A stretch of DNA of 55,264 nt from a virus (IMGVR_UViG_3300029309_000054:1-55264); one strand, 5' to 3'; numbered from the stretch's first letter, positions 29,715-37,864 are shown. Program-made: numbers and translations. The notes: generated from the letters alone by a model not told the origin.

Positions 29715-30443
29715 ATGCCTGTTAAATTACACCCCATCAACCGCGGCTCACGGGACAACCGCTATTGCGGCCCCGCCGTGGTTAGCTTCATCACTGGCAA
29801 AAACACCAGTGAGGTCGCGACGTTCATCCGTAATCGCTACCGTAACGGCAAAGCTGTTCGCGGGACTTACCTCCACGAGGTGGCAGGCGCTCTGTCGGCG
29901 CTGGGCTACAAGCTCAAAGGGGTCAGGTGGTCGGGCAACCTATCACCAACTCTGGCGGGTTGGCTCAAAGCCAACAAAGACTTGCGATCCGCGGGCCGCG
30001 TCTTTCTGGTCAATGCCGGTAACCACTGGCAACTGATCTCTGGACGCAAATATGCCTGCGGGCGGATTGGAGAAATCGTCTCCATCCGTGACCCACGGGT
30101 CAAGCGGCGGTGCCGGGTGACAGATGTCTGGGAGGTGAACCGTATGCCGGAGGCGGCAAAGGACAAGTGGAAGACACATGTCACAGACCGCAAGCCTCGG
30201 AACACGGGTAATTCCTACCGGGTGCGTAAGATACTGCGAGACAACCCGCAGTACGGCTTCAGCTACGAAGTAGAGTGGCGCGTCGATAAAACAAACGTCT
30301 ACTACGTTTCCATGAGCAACGAGCTTGAGGAAAAGGCGTTTGAGATGCAACACCATCTGTGTGACGATCACTACTGTCACGGTCTGGACGAGGTCCTGAC
30401 CCGGCTGACAGACATGCTGGAGTTCGCAAAACAGCACCACTAA
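29715..30443 (+). CDS. Hypothetical protein with a possible papain/C39-like Cys-His fold
   Basis: YCGPAVV and NAGNHWQLI motifs; GGGAGG RBS. Confidence 0.65.
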   Translation: MPVKLHPINRGSRDNRYCGPAVVSFITGKNTSEVATFIRNRYRNGKAVRGTYLHEVAGALSALGYKLKGVRWSGNLSPTLAGWLKANKDLRSAGRVFLVNAGNHWQLISGRKYACGRIGEIVSIRDPRVKRRCRVTDVWEVNRMPEAAKDKWKTHVTDRKPRNTGNSYRVRKILRDNPQYGFSYEVEWRVDKTNVYYVSMSNELEEKAFEMQHHLCDDHYCHGLDEVLTRLTDMLEFAKQHH

Positions 30444-30449
30444 TCAACA

Positions 30450-30476
30450 GGGTCCCGCTTCGGCGGGGCCCTTTTT
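30450..30476 (+). terminator. Intrinsic terminator
   Basis: GGGTCCCGC-TTCG-GCGGGGCCC-TTTTT. Confidence 0.8.
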
Positions 30477-30720
30477 GGTTACGGTTACATATATAGGGAG
30501 AAAATTAAAAAAATAAAAAACACAAAAAATATGGTGTAACCGGTGTAACTTATGTAACCGTACCTTGTAATCCTTACTCAGCAAGGATTACAGAAGGTCA
30601 GAGAGGTTACATATTTGGTTACACCATGGTTTTCAAAAATGTAACCAAGGAAATGACCTTAAAGGGGGGTTCGCGGGCTTTTTTAAAAAAATATTTTTTG
30701 CTCTATATAAGTAACCCCTG
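30477..30720. repeat. Nested inverted-repeat, iteron-like region (candidate replication origin)
   Basis: Multiple GGTTAC/GTAACC copies around the palindrome TGTAATCCTT-N7-AAGGATTACA; AT-rich flanks; non-coding. Confidence 0.6.
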
Positions 30721-30763
30721 TAAAAAGGATGGGAGTTGACCTTTTTAACTGGAGAATACCCGT

Positions 30764-31378
30764 ATGCCCTCAAAAGCTGTCGTGAAGAAAGAAACCCGGG
30801 GCCGTAAGCGAGCCACCGTCAATCACCCGCTGACCCGCAAGCAAGAGCTTTTTGTAAAGGAACTGGTCAGTAAGGACGGCCAGATTACTTTGAGAGAGGC
30901 GGCTATCAATGCTGGTTACTCTGCCACGTCGGCTCACACGCGGGCATATGAACTGACCAATCCAAACATTTCGCCGCATGTCGTGGCGGCCATTCAGTCC
31001 TATCGACGCGAACTGGACGAAAAGTACGGAATCACGTTTCATCGGCATATCCGTGATCTTCAAAATATTCGGGATCTAGCCTTGCAAAACGGCGCTTACT
31101 CTGCCGCCGTTCAAGCGGAATATCGCCGGGGTCAAGCGCAGGGCGACATCTATGTAAGCAAATCTGAAATCCGTCATGGGTCTATCGACAGCATGAGCAA
31201 GGACGAGGTCTTGAAAGCTTTGGAAGAGATAAAGGACAGTTATGCCCCAATCACCATCGACATCACACCCGAAGAGAAAAACACCGGTAATCGCGACAAA
31301 GCGAGAGGGCGGCTTTTACAAGCAAGTGAAGGAAGCGGCGCAGAGGTCGAACAGGAAATTATTACTGACCCGAATTGA
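30764..31378 (+). CDS. terS: Terminase small subunit
   Basis: LTRKQELFVKE...AAINAGYS...AYEL N-terminal HTH motif of phage TerS. Confidence 0.8.
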   Translation: MPSKAVVKKETRGRKRATVNHPLTRKQELFVKELVSKDGQITLREAAINAGYSATSAHTRAYELTNPNISPHVVAAIQSYRRELDEKYGITFHRHIRDLQNIRDLALQNGAYSAAVQAEYRRGQAQGDIYVSKSEIRHGSIDSMSKDEVLKALEEIKDSYAPITIDITPEEKNTGNRDKARGRLLQASEGSGAEVEQEIITDPN

Positions 31379-31703
31379 AAACTGGGTTGGCGCAGGGATA
31401 CCGGACCTTTTGATATGTGATGAGGTCGGGGACTTTCATCTGGTTGAACTTAAATACATCACCGGTAATGCGGTGACATTGCGCCCGTCACAAGTGGCGT
31501 GGCTATCTCGACACCAGCACTCTAGTTGCTGGGTTCTAATCAAGCGACAAACCAAGGCCACCGAGCCATCCGAGTGCCTTTTGTACCCGGCAGCGGCAGC
31601 GGTCGATTTGAAGATGGACGGCATTGAGAAGGTCGAGCCTTTGTTTCGTTGTCAACAGCCTTTTCACTGGGACACAATATTTGGCTTGATATGTCCGACA
31701 TAA
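31242..31703 (+). CDS. PD-(D/E)XK nuclease, VRR-NUC / junction-resolvase-like
   Basis: RIENWVGAGIPDL...VELK...LRPSQVAW; start position uncertain. Confidence 0.75.
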   Translation: MPQSPSTSHPKRKTPVIATKREGGFYKQVKEAAQRSNRKLLLTRIENWVGAGIPDLLICDEVGDFHLVELKYITGNAVTLRPSQVAWLSRHQHSSCWVLIKRQTKATEPSECLLYPAAAAVDLKMDGIEKVEPLFRCQQPFHWDTIFGLICPT

Positions 31704-31751
31704 TCCCATAATAATGGGACATCGTTAATCAACTATGGGAGTAAGAGCGAT

Positions 31752-32099
31752 ATGGTAGAGGACAAACAAACCTTGCTTGCTTGGCTGGCAAATGCCTTGA
31801 AAGATTCACCTGTGGACTTTTTAGAGGTTTATGTCGGAGATGAAAAGGACGGTCAAGTTTATGTGCGTTTTGAAAACGTACCGGAGAGGGAAAAAATGAA
31901 AAAGTATAACAGCGTTGCATATCTTCCCTTTTCCATTCATCACGACCGGGAAAACGGCGAAGATATAACCCCGGAAATGTTGCGCGAAGCTTTCAATAAT
32001 CGAACCCTGACCCTGTCGAATCAGGAATTATGGGAAGCTTGCGGCGGGGATTGCTACGACACAATCGAAAATGAACCTTTAGCGGAAGCTTCCGCCTGA
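31752..32099 (+). CDS. Hypothetical protein, possibly two fused small genes
   Basis: Own promoter and RBS; internal in-frame GGAGAGGG RBS plus ATG at 31896. Confidence 0.6.
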   Translation: MVEDKQTLLAWLANALKDSPVDFLEVYVGDEKDGQVYVRFENVPEREKMKKYNSVAYLPFSIHHDRENGEDITPEMLREAFNNRTLTLSNQELWEACGGDCYDTIENEPLAEASA

Positions 32100-32194
32100 T
32101 GTTTATTTTGCACTGGATTGCCCGTCTGATACATGGCGAAGACTGGGAAAAACACACAACACAACGCCGACGGGTTCGGCGTCGTCGCCGATAA
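32099..32194 (+). CDS. 31-aa peptide with Arg-rich tail (not in ORF track)
   Basis: MFILHWIARLIHGEDWEKHTTQRRRVRRRRR*; TGATG coupling; followed by a terminator. Confidence 0.5.
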   Translation: MFILHWIARLIHGEDWEKHTTQRRRVRRRRR

Positions 32195-32202
32195 CCTAAC
32201 TA

Positions 32203-32230
32203 GCCCCGCCAATATCTGGCGGGGTTTTTT
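32203..32230 (+). terminator. Intrinsic terminator
   Basis: GCCCCGCCA-ATATC-TGGCGGGGT-TTTTT. Confidence 0.8.
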
Positions 32231-32289
32231 CTTGCAATGGTATGCGATAAGGCCCATATAAAAGACAACTGAAACGAACGGGGGCAATC

Positions 32290-32508
32290 ATGCCGAAAAT
32301 CAATCACGAAAAAATCGCGCTTTATTTAGAAAAACTGGTCGTCGGTTGGGATGAAGAACTGGCCCGGGAAATGGTCGAAAATATGACGCCCGAAGAACGG
32401 GCGCATTTATCCCGGCTGATCGATATATGCCGTGATCCGGATTATCAATCGTTAATTAGCGATTACGCCGCGTTAAACCGTCCTGAAGAAAAACCCGAAC
32501 CAGCTTAA
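32290..32508 (+). CDS. Hypothetical protein (single-gene cassette)
   Basis: Promoter TTGCAA with a TATGCGATAA box upstream; terminator downstream. Confidence 0.65.
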   Translation: MPKINHEKIALYLEKLVVGWDEELAREMVENMTPEERAHLSRLIDICRDPDYQSLISDYAALNRPEEKPEPA

Positions 32509-32510
32509 CA

Positions 32511-32544
32511 ACTGGCCCGCCCTGACCGGCGGGCCTTTTCTTTT
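32511..32544 (+). terminator. Intrinsic terminator, duplicated at 34676-34709
   Basis: ACTGGCCCGCCCTGACCGGCGGGCCTTTTCTTTT. Confidence 0.8.
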
Positions 32545-32617
32545 AAAATTTCTATTTGCCAAAATATGCGAATATATGAGATAAGCAAAACAGATATAAA
32601 CAACGGGAACAAAAACG

Positions 32618-33352
32618 ATGTTAAAAACTGTAGAGCTAAGCACGGCGAAAAAGACTAGCGGTTGCGCCGTAACCTATCGCGCCGGGTCAGCTAATAAATT
32701 TGATACTTGCCCGGCATCTTGCAAGCTTAACCCTAGCGGGCGCGGTTGCGGCGCTGGCGAAATTGACCACGACTATCTGGACGCTGTATTGGACGCGAAA
32801 CCGAAACGGGGGTTTTCGTTTGGTTATTCTCATTTTGATCCGTTATTTTGGGCGCACAAATTGCGGGCGGGCAAAACGGTTTTAAATTACAGCGCCGACA
32901 GTCTGGCCGCCGCCTATGCTATTTTTTCAAACAAGGTCGCGCCGGTTGTCGTCGTCGTAAAGGATAGTTTTTGGAAGAATGGCAAAAACGCCACAATAGA
33001 CCGCGACGACATGCCGACGCCGCCGGTTCCGGTTATACGTTGCCCGGCGGAATATAACCCGGCGGTAAATTGCCGGAATTGCGGGGCGGAAAAAGGGCCA
33101 TTGTGCGCCCGTCTGGACCGGTCTTTTATCGTCGGATTTACAGCACACGGGGCCAGCAAGAAAAAGGCCGCAACCGACGACCCGGGCGGATGCTATGCCG
33201 CTGGCGGCAATGTCGCGTTGCATTGGCAGGCGACGACCGAAACGCCAGACACTGGCGAAACTGACGGCGAAAAGCTTTTGCGGTTTGCCCGGGGGTTGCC
33301 GCCCGGTTCTGTATTGCGCCACCATATCGCCGGGGATATTGGCCGCGAATAG
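32618..33352 (+). CDS. Cys-rich protein, Gp88-like (possible Fe-S / radical-SAM-related)
   Basis: TCPASC, CPAE...CRNC...LC, GGCYA and RHHIAGD motifs. Confidence 0.6.
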   Translation: MLKTVELSTAKKTSGCAVTYRAGSANKFDTCPASCKLNPSGRGCGAGEIDHDYLDAVLDAKPKRGFSFGYSHFDPLFWAHKLRAGKTVLNYSADSLAAAYAIFSNKVAPVVVVVKDSFWKNGKNATIDRDDMPTPPVPVIRCPAEYNPAVNCRNCGAEKGPLCARLDRSFIVGFTAHGASKKKAATDDPGGCYAAGGNVALHWQATTETPDTGETDGEKLLRFARGLPPGSVLRHHIAGDIGRE

Positions 33353-33373
33353 CTGGCCCCGTACTGGCCCCCG

Positions 33374-33401
33374 AAACCCCGCCCGCTGGCGGGGTTTTTT
33401 T
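33374..33401 (+). terminator. Intrinsic terminator
   Basis: AAACCCCGCC-CGCT-GGCGGGGTTT-TTTT. Confidence 0.8.
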
Positions 33402-33516
33402 GGTCTGAAAGAAAATTTAAAAATTTCTAGACATATATAGGCCAAAATGCGATAAACCGCATATGGCCCTTTTTTCAGGGGTTCGGGCCGCCCCACAATT
33501 ACGGGAAACCAAAACG

Positions 33517-34656
33517 ATGAACCACAATATTGAAAACAGCAAAAACACCTTAACCCGCCTTTTGGAAAAGGTGCGCGACGACGCGGCCAGAAAGGCCGAC
33601 TATATTGCGCCGACGCATGAATTGCAGAAGACGACCGGCGACGACGGGACGGCCCGCATCACAATAGAGCAAAGCCGGGGCGTGCCGACTAAAGAGCTGG
33701 TCGTTAATCCGGTCGCGTTCGGGCAAATGGCCAGCGATGCGGGAATTGACGTCCGGACGGCCCGCCGGTTGCAAGAAAACTACGCCCCGCAATTCGATGG
33801 CCTGATAAATGCAATCTGGCAAAACGAGCCTAAGGTTCGCATGTTGCGGACGTTTGAAAACTACGCCCCGTTTTCTGATTTGGGCGAATGCCGGGCCATT
33901 GTGTCGGATAAGTTTAAGACGTTCGACCATGTAAACCTGTGCAATAGCGCCTTGCCCCAACTGATGGACAGCCCGGCGCAATTACAGGTTGTGAATGCCG
34001 AAATAACGGACCGCCGCCTTTATCTGCGTTTCCGGTCGCTGGTTCAAACTGGCGAAGGGGCGAACGTCGGCGACGTTATGGCGAACGGTATCGGCCTGCA
34101 AAACAGCGAAACGGGCGCGGGTTCGGTTTCGGTTTATCAGATTGCATGGACGCTGGCTTGTTTGAACGGGATGCAAACGCAAAACAAAACCCGGTCCAGC
34201 CACATCACCAGCGCCCGCGATAGCGACGATTGGGGCCTGTTGTCGGACGCCGCAAAAGATGCCGACAACCATGCACTAGAATTGAAAATCCGCGATCTAG
34301 TCGGCGTTTATTCTAGCCGGGACGCGTTTGACGGCGTACTGGACGCCATGCGGGCCGCCGCTGGCGACGTGATTGACGGCGAGGCAATCGACAAAACCGA
34401 CGTTGTGCAAAATTTGGGCAAGGTAATGCAACTGACCAAAAAAGAAACGGGCGACGTTTTAAACGGGTTGCTGGATACCATCGGCCAAGCCGGTTACGAA
34501 AACGACCGGCCCCTGTCCCGGGCGACGTTGGTTAATGCCGTGACGGCGGTTGCCAATAAAGCCGACGCCGACGATGTCGACATGTGGCAGGCCCGGGGTG
34601 GCCAGCTGCTGGCCATGAAGCCCGCCGATTGGGGACGGGTCGCCGTCGCCGCATAG
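33517..34656 (+). CDS. DUF932-like protein
   Basis: RAIVSDKF and GIGLQNSETGAGSVSV...LACLNGM match the DUF932-type NS-G...CxNG motif; ATG 33517 follows an ACGGGAA RBS. Confidence 0.75.
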   Translation: MNHNIENSKNTLTRLLEKVRDDAARKADYIAPTHELQKTTGDDGTARITIEQSRGVPTKELVVNPVAFGQMASDAGIDVRTARRLQENYAPQFDGLINAIWQNEPKVRMLRTFENYAPFSDLGECRAIVSDKFKTFDHVNLCNSALPQLMDSPAQLQVVNAEITDRRLYLRFRSLVQTGEGANVGDVMANGIGLQNSETGAGSVSVYQIAWTLACLNGMQTQNKTRSSHITSARDSDDWGLLSDAAKDADNHALELKIRDLVGVYSSRDAFDGVLDAMRAAAGDVIDGEAIDKTDVVQNLGKVMQLTKKETGDVLNGLLDTIGQAGYENDRPLSRATLVNAVTAVANKADADDVDMWQARGGQLLAMKPADWGRVAVAA

Positions 34657-34675
34657 CTGGCCCTCTAACCTTCAC

Positions 34676-34709
34676 ACTGGCCCGCCCTAACCGGCGGGCC
34701 TTTTCTTTT
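34676..34709 (+). terminator. Intrinsic terminator, copy of 32511-32544
   Basis: 33/34 identical to 32511-32544. Confidence 0.8.
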
Positions 34710-34763
34710 GTGGGAATATATGCGACAACGGGGCATCACTAACTGATAACGGGAATAAAACAG

Positions 34764-35084
34764 ATGATAAATAAAATCATATTTGGCGACCATCAAATCC
34801 CCGTCTGGCATGATAAAGACGGCGTTCGGCATTGGTTGGACGGGTCGGCGACATATGCTGCCGATAAAGACGGCGACGTTATGCGATTGGTCCCCCTCGG
34901 TTGGCAAGCCGCTGGCGATTTAGTGAAGCGAAAGCCTGACGCGAAAACCGTTTACGTCGTCAATTTTCGCGAACGCAAAAAGCCGGGCAAGCCTGCGGTC
35001 TATTCGCTTTCCCCGTTTGACGATATGAACCGGGAAATTTTCCTGAAAGAAACGACGCCCGTTTACGTCGGTTTTACGTTCTAG
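34764..35084 (+). CDS. Hypothetical protein (single-gene cassette)
   Basis: TATGCGACAA box and ACGGGAA RBS upstream; terminator downstream. Confidence 0.7.
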   Translation: MINKIIFGDHQIPVWHDKDGVRHWLDGSATYAADKDGDVMRLVPLGWQAAGDLVKRKPDAKTVYVVNFRERKKPGKPAVYSLSPFDDMNREIFLKETTPVYVGFTF

Positions 35085-35112
35085 CCCCTACGCCGCCCGC
35101 TGGCGGCTTTTC

Positions 35113-35148
35113 GCCCCCGTTAGGCTATCACCCTAGCGGGGGTTTTTT
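35113..35148 (+). terminator. Intrinsic terminator
   Basis: GCCCCCGTTAGG-N7-CCTAGCGGGGGT-TTTTT. Confidence 0.75.
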
Positions 35149-35271
35149 CTTGCCTACTGGCGGCCCCTGTATGCGCCATTAATGCCAGTTAATCATGCCC
35201 CGGGCCGCCGCCCGTAACCTATCCAAAACGTACCGGGGGCAATCCGGGCCGGTATCTTTTAAAATTTTAAC

Positions 35272-35397
35272 GCCGGGCGGTCCGCCGGTCGCGGTCGCCG
35301 GGTCGTCGGTCCGGGGTCGCCGGGTCGCGTTTCATGGCCCGCCGGTCGCGGTCGCCGGGTCGCGCTGCGCGGTCCGCCGGTCGCGGTTCGGGTCCCT
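35272..35397. repeat. GC-rich GGTC-periodic repeat (candidate pac/terminus region)
   Basis: CCGCCGGTCGCGGTCGCCGGGTCG at 35282 and 35339, partial at 35374; GGTC recurs every 6-7 nt; lies just upstream of terL. Confidence 0.6.
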
Positions 35398-35526
35398 TCC
35401 CATATCGGGTCAAAATCCGCAGAAAACCGCCAAAAAATCGCAAAAAATCGCGCCGCGGCCACGGGCTCTAGCTACGCAGGCAAGGGCCATGTTTCTGACA
35501 AATAATCCTGTAAAAAACGATATGGA

Positions 35527-35542
35527 TGTTTCACGTGAAACA
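35527..35542. promoter_or_regulatory. parS: parS centromere-like site
   Basis: TGTTTCACGTGAAACA, an exact match to the bacterial chromosomal parS consensus; intergenic. Confidence 0.85.
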
Positions 35543-35634
35543 TTGCCTAATTATTAGGCAGATGCTCAATACTTGTTCACTGTCTAATAATTGTGCATAT
35601 TTTCGCAGACATTTTGTGCACACAGGGGCCCCCG

Positions 35635-37080
35635 ATGGATATTTCGGAACAGCAGGCAAAGTTGCAGCTACGACTAGCGCAACTTGAAAAGAATGAAGCT
35701 TGTCAGGAAAAGTTTCTTACTTTTGTAAAAGTCATGTGGCCCGAGTTCATCGCTGGGCGGCACCATAAAATTATCGCTGAAAAGTTAGAGAGAGTGGCCA
35801 ATGGTGATCTCAAGCGCCTGATCATCAACATGGCCCCGAGGCACACGAAGTCTGAGTTCGCATCCTTTTTGTTCCCGGCGTGGATGATGGGCAAGAATCC
35901 AAAGATGAAGATCATTCAGGCTACCCACACGACGGAACTTGCGGTTAACTTTGGACGTAAGACGAAGAACTTGATTGACAGTGACGAGTACAAGGAGGTC
36001 TTTCCGAATGTCAAACTCGCTTCTGATAGTAAAGCTTCTGGTCGTTGGGACACTGCTTCTGGCGGGATGTACTACGCCGTGGGGGTGGGATCCAACCTTG
36101 CCGGGCGTGGTGGCGACTTGGTAATTATCGATGATCCACACTCGGAGCAGACGGCCATGTCGGCCAACGGTTTTGACGATGCGTGGGATTGGTACACCGG
36201 GGGCCCCCGGCAGCGTCTCCAGCCGGGCGGCAGTATAGTTCTGGTTCAAACCCGGTGGTCCGAGAAGGACATGACGGGTCAGTTGCTCCGTGCAATGGCT
36301 AAAGATCCGCTAGCTGATCAGTGGGAAGTTGTGGAGCTTCCTGCCATTTTTGACGACGACAAGCCTTGTTGGCCGGAGTTCTGGTCCCTTGAGGATCTGA
36401 CCGCGGTCAAAGCATCCATCCCTCCGAGCAAATGGAACGCGCAGTATCAGCAGAATCCGACGGGCGAGGAGAATGCGATCATTCCTCGTCAGTGGTGGAA
36501 GAAGTGGGAGAAGGACAACATCCCGAATCTGGAGTATGTGATCCAGAGCTACGACACGGCGTTCTCGAAACGCGAAACTGCTGACTACTCGGCGATCACG
36601 ACTTGGGGTGTTTTCAGGCCAGAGGAGATTGGGGGCCCTCCGGGACTCATACTTTTGGACAGCACGAAGGGGCGGTGGGATTTTCCTGAGCTCAAGCAGA
36701 CGGCTATGGAGCAGTATAAGTATTGGGACCCCGACACCGTCATCGTAGAGGCCAAGGCTTCTGGTCTGCCTTTGACCCATGAATTACGAAATATGGGAAT
36801 CCCTGTTGTTAACTTTACGCCTAGTAAGGGTAATGATAAGGTTACGCGAGTTCACTCTGTATCGCCGTTGTTTGAGGCGGGCATGGTTTGGGCCCCCGAC
36901 ACCACCTTCGCCGATGAGATGATTGAGGAGGTGGCGGCGTTCCCTAACGGGGAGCATGACGACTTGGTCGATAGCATGACGCAGGCTTTGATGCGTTATC
37001 GGCAGGGCAACTTTGTACAGTTGCCGACTGACGATTGGGACGAAGAGGACACGGGAATGCAGGTTAGGGCTTATTACTGA
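35635..37080 (+). CDS. terL: Terminase large subunit
   Basis: APRHTKS Walker A, IIDDPH Walker B, QTRW, QSYDTA and HDDLVDS nuclease motifs. Confidence 0.96.
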   Translation: MDISEQQAKLQLRLAQLEKNEACQEKFLTFVKVMWPEFIAGRHHKIIAEKLERVANGDLKRLIINMAPRHTKSEFASFLFPAWMMGKNPKMKIIQATHTTELAVNFGRKTKNLIDSDEYKEVFPNVKLASDSKASGRWDTASGGMYYAVGVGSNLAGRGGDLVIIDDPHSEQTAMSANGFDDAWDWYTGGPRQRLQPGGSIVLVQTRWSEKDMTGQLLRAMAKDPLADQWEVVELPAIFDDDKPCWPEFWSLEDLTAVKASIPPSKWNAQYQQNPTGEENAIIPRQWWKKWEKDNIPNLEYVIQSYDTAFSKRETADYSAITTWGVFRPEEIGGPPGLILLDSTKGRWDFPELKQTAMEQYKYWDPDTVIVEAKASGLPLTHELRNMGIPVVNFTPSKGNDKVTRVHSVSPLFEAGMVWAPDTTFADEMIEEVAAFPNGEHDDLVDSMTQALMRYRQGNFVQLPTDDWDEEDTGMQVRAYY

Positions 37081-37820
37081 TGGAAGAAAAGGGCATAGGT
37101 TCGTTCTTCGCGGACTTCGTAACTGGCAACGCGCCCTCTGATCAACTGAACGCGCTTCGCGAATCTGCTCGAATGGGCGACCCGATGGGGGAAGCCATCT
37201 ACGGTGATGAGCCCACTTTTATGGAGCGGTTGATAACGGAGTATAATTATCCTGCCACAATACCCATGGAGGATGATCAGGGTCTTGCGGTTATGGATTC
37301 GGACACCGGTCGTCAAAAAATGATGATTGCAACGGATTTTAATTTACCGGAATATATGAGAACGGAGCGCCCTCGTCAGGACATGCCGACATATGGTGAG
37401 TTGGAAGATGCGCGGGCCCATGCTTTGGCTTCAGCAGAGTTGGCTCGTCGGTATGGTCCGGACACCGCTCAAACTGTTTCGACTATAAAAGAGGGCATAG
37501 AGGTGCTCCCTCTTGCTGGTTCTTCTACGTTTGATGATGCTGCGATGGACATTCGCAACAACACCGTTGGGATACAGCTATTCCGAGAGGCGGGGATGAA
37601 CAATTCTCCCCGTGAGCTTGCTCGCATGGTTGATAACAAGGTTTTCGAGCAGTTGGACATTATTTTGGGCAGGACGCCTGCTGAACAGACTACCCCCGCG
37701 TCGGATCAACCGGGGGCCCCGTATAATTTTGAGTCACCGGAGGGCGGGATAGATGTTTATTTCCCAAGGGACCGGTCAGGGTTTTTTGATACCAGTTATA
37801 TTTATGATGGGAAAAAGTGA
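37080..37820 (+). CDS. Hypothetical protein with a DAxxH...MDxxNNxxG motif (DUF6973-like)
   Basis: EDARAHALASA...MDIRNNTVG; sits between terL and the portal gene. Confidence 0.6.
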   Translation: MEEKGIGSFFADFVTGNAPSDQLNALRESARMGDPMGEAIYGDEPTFMERLITEYNYPATIPMEDDQGLAVMDSDTGRQKMMIATDFNLPEYMRTERPRQDMPTYGELEDARAHALASAELARRYGPDTAQTVSTIKEGIEVLPLAGSSTFDDAAMDIRNNTVGIQLFREAGMNNSPRELARMVDNKVFEQLDIILGRTPAEQTTPASDQPGAPYNFESPEGGIDVYFPRDRSGFFDTSYIYDGKK

Positions 37821-37864
37821 CCTACGCCTTTGTCTATGTTAGGTTGACGTAAAGGAGATTATAC

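Noticed and set aside
25550-35150. Recurring intergenic repeats as a possible CRISPR array or integron attC sites
   Set aside because: Spacing is irregular, the repeats are promoters and terminators separated by genes, and no cas or integrase gene is present.
35195-35557. 120-aa ORF in the track (and its antisense ORF 35259-35462)
   Set aside because: It is a translation of the GC-rich repeat and parS region, has no convincing RBS, and is low complexity.
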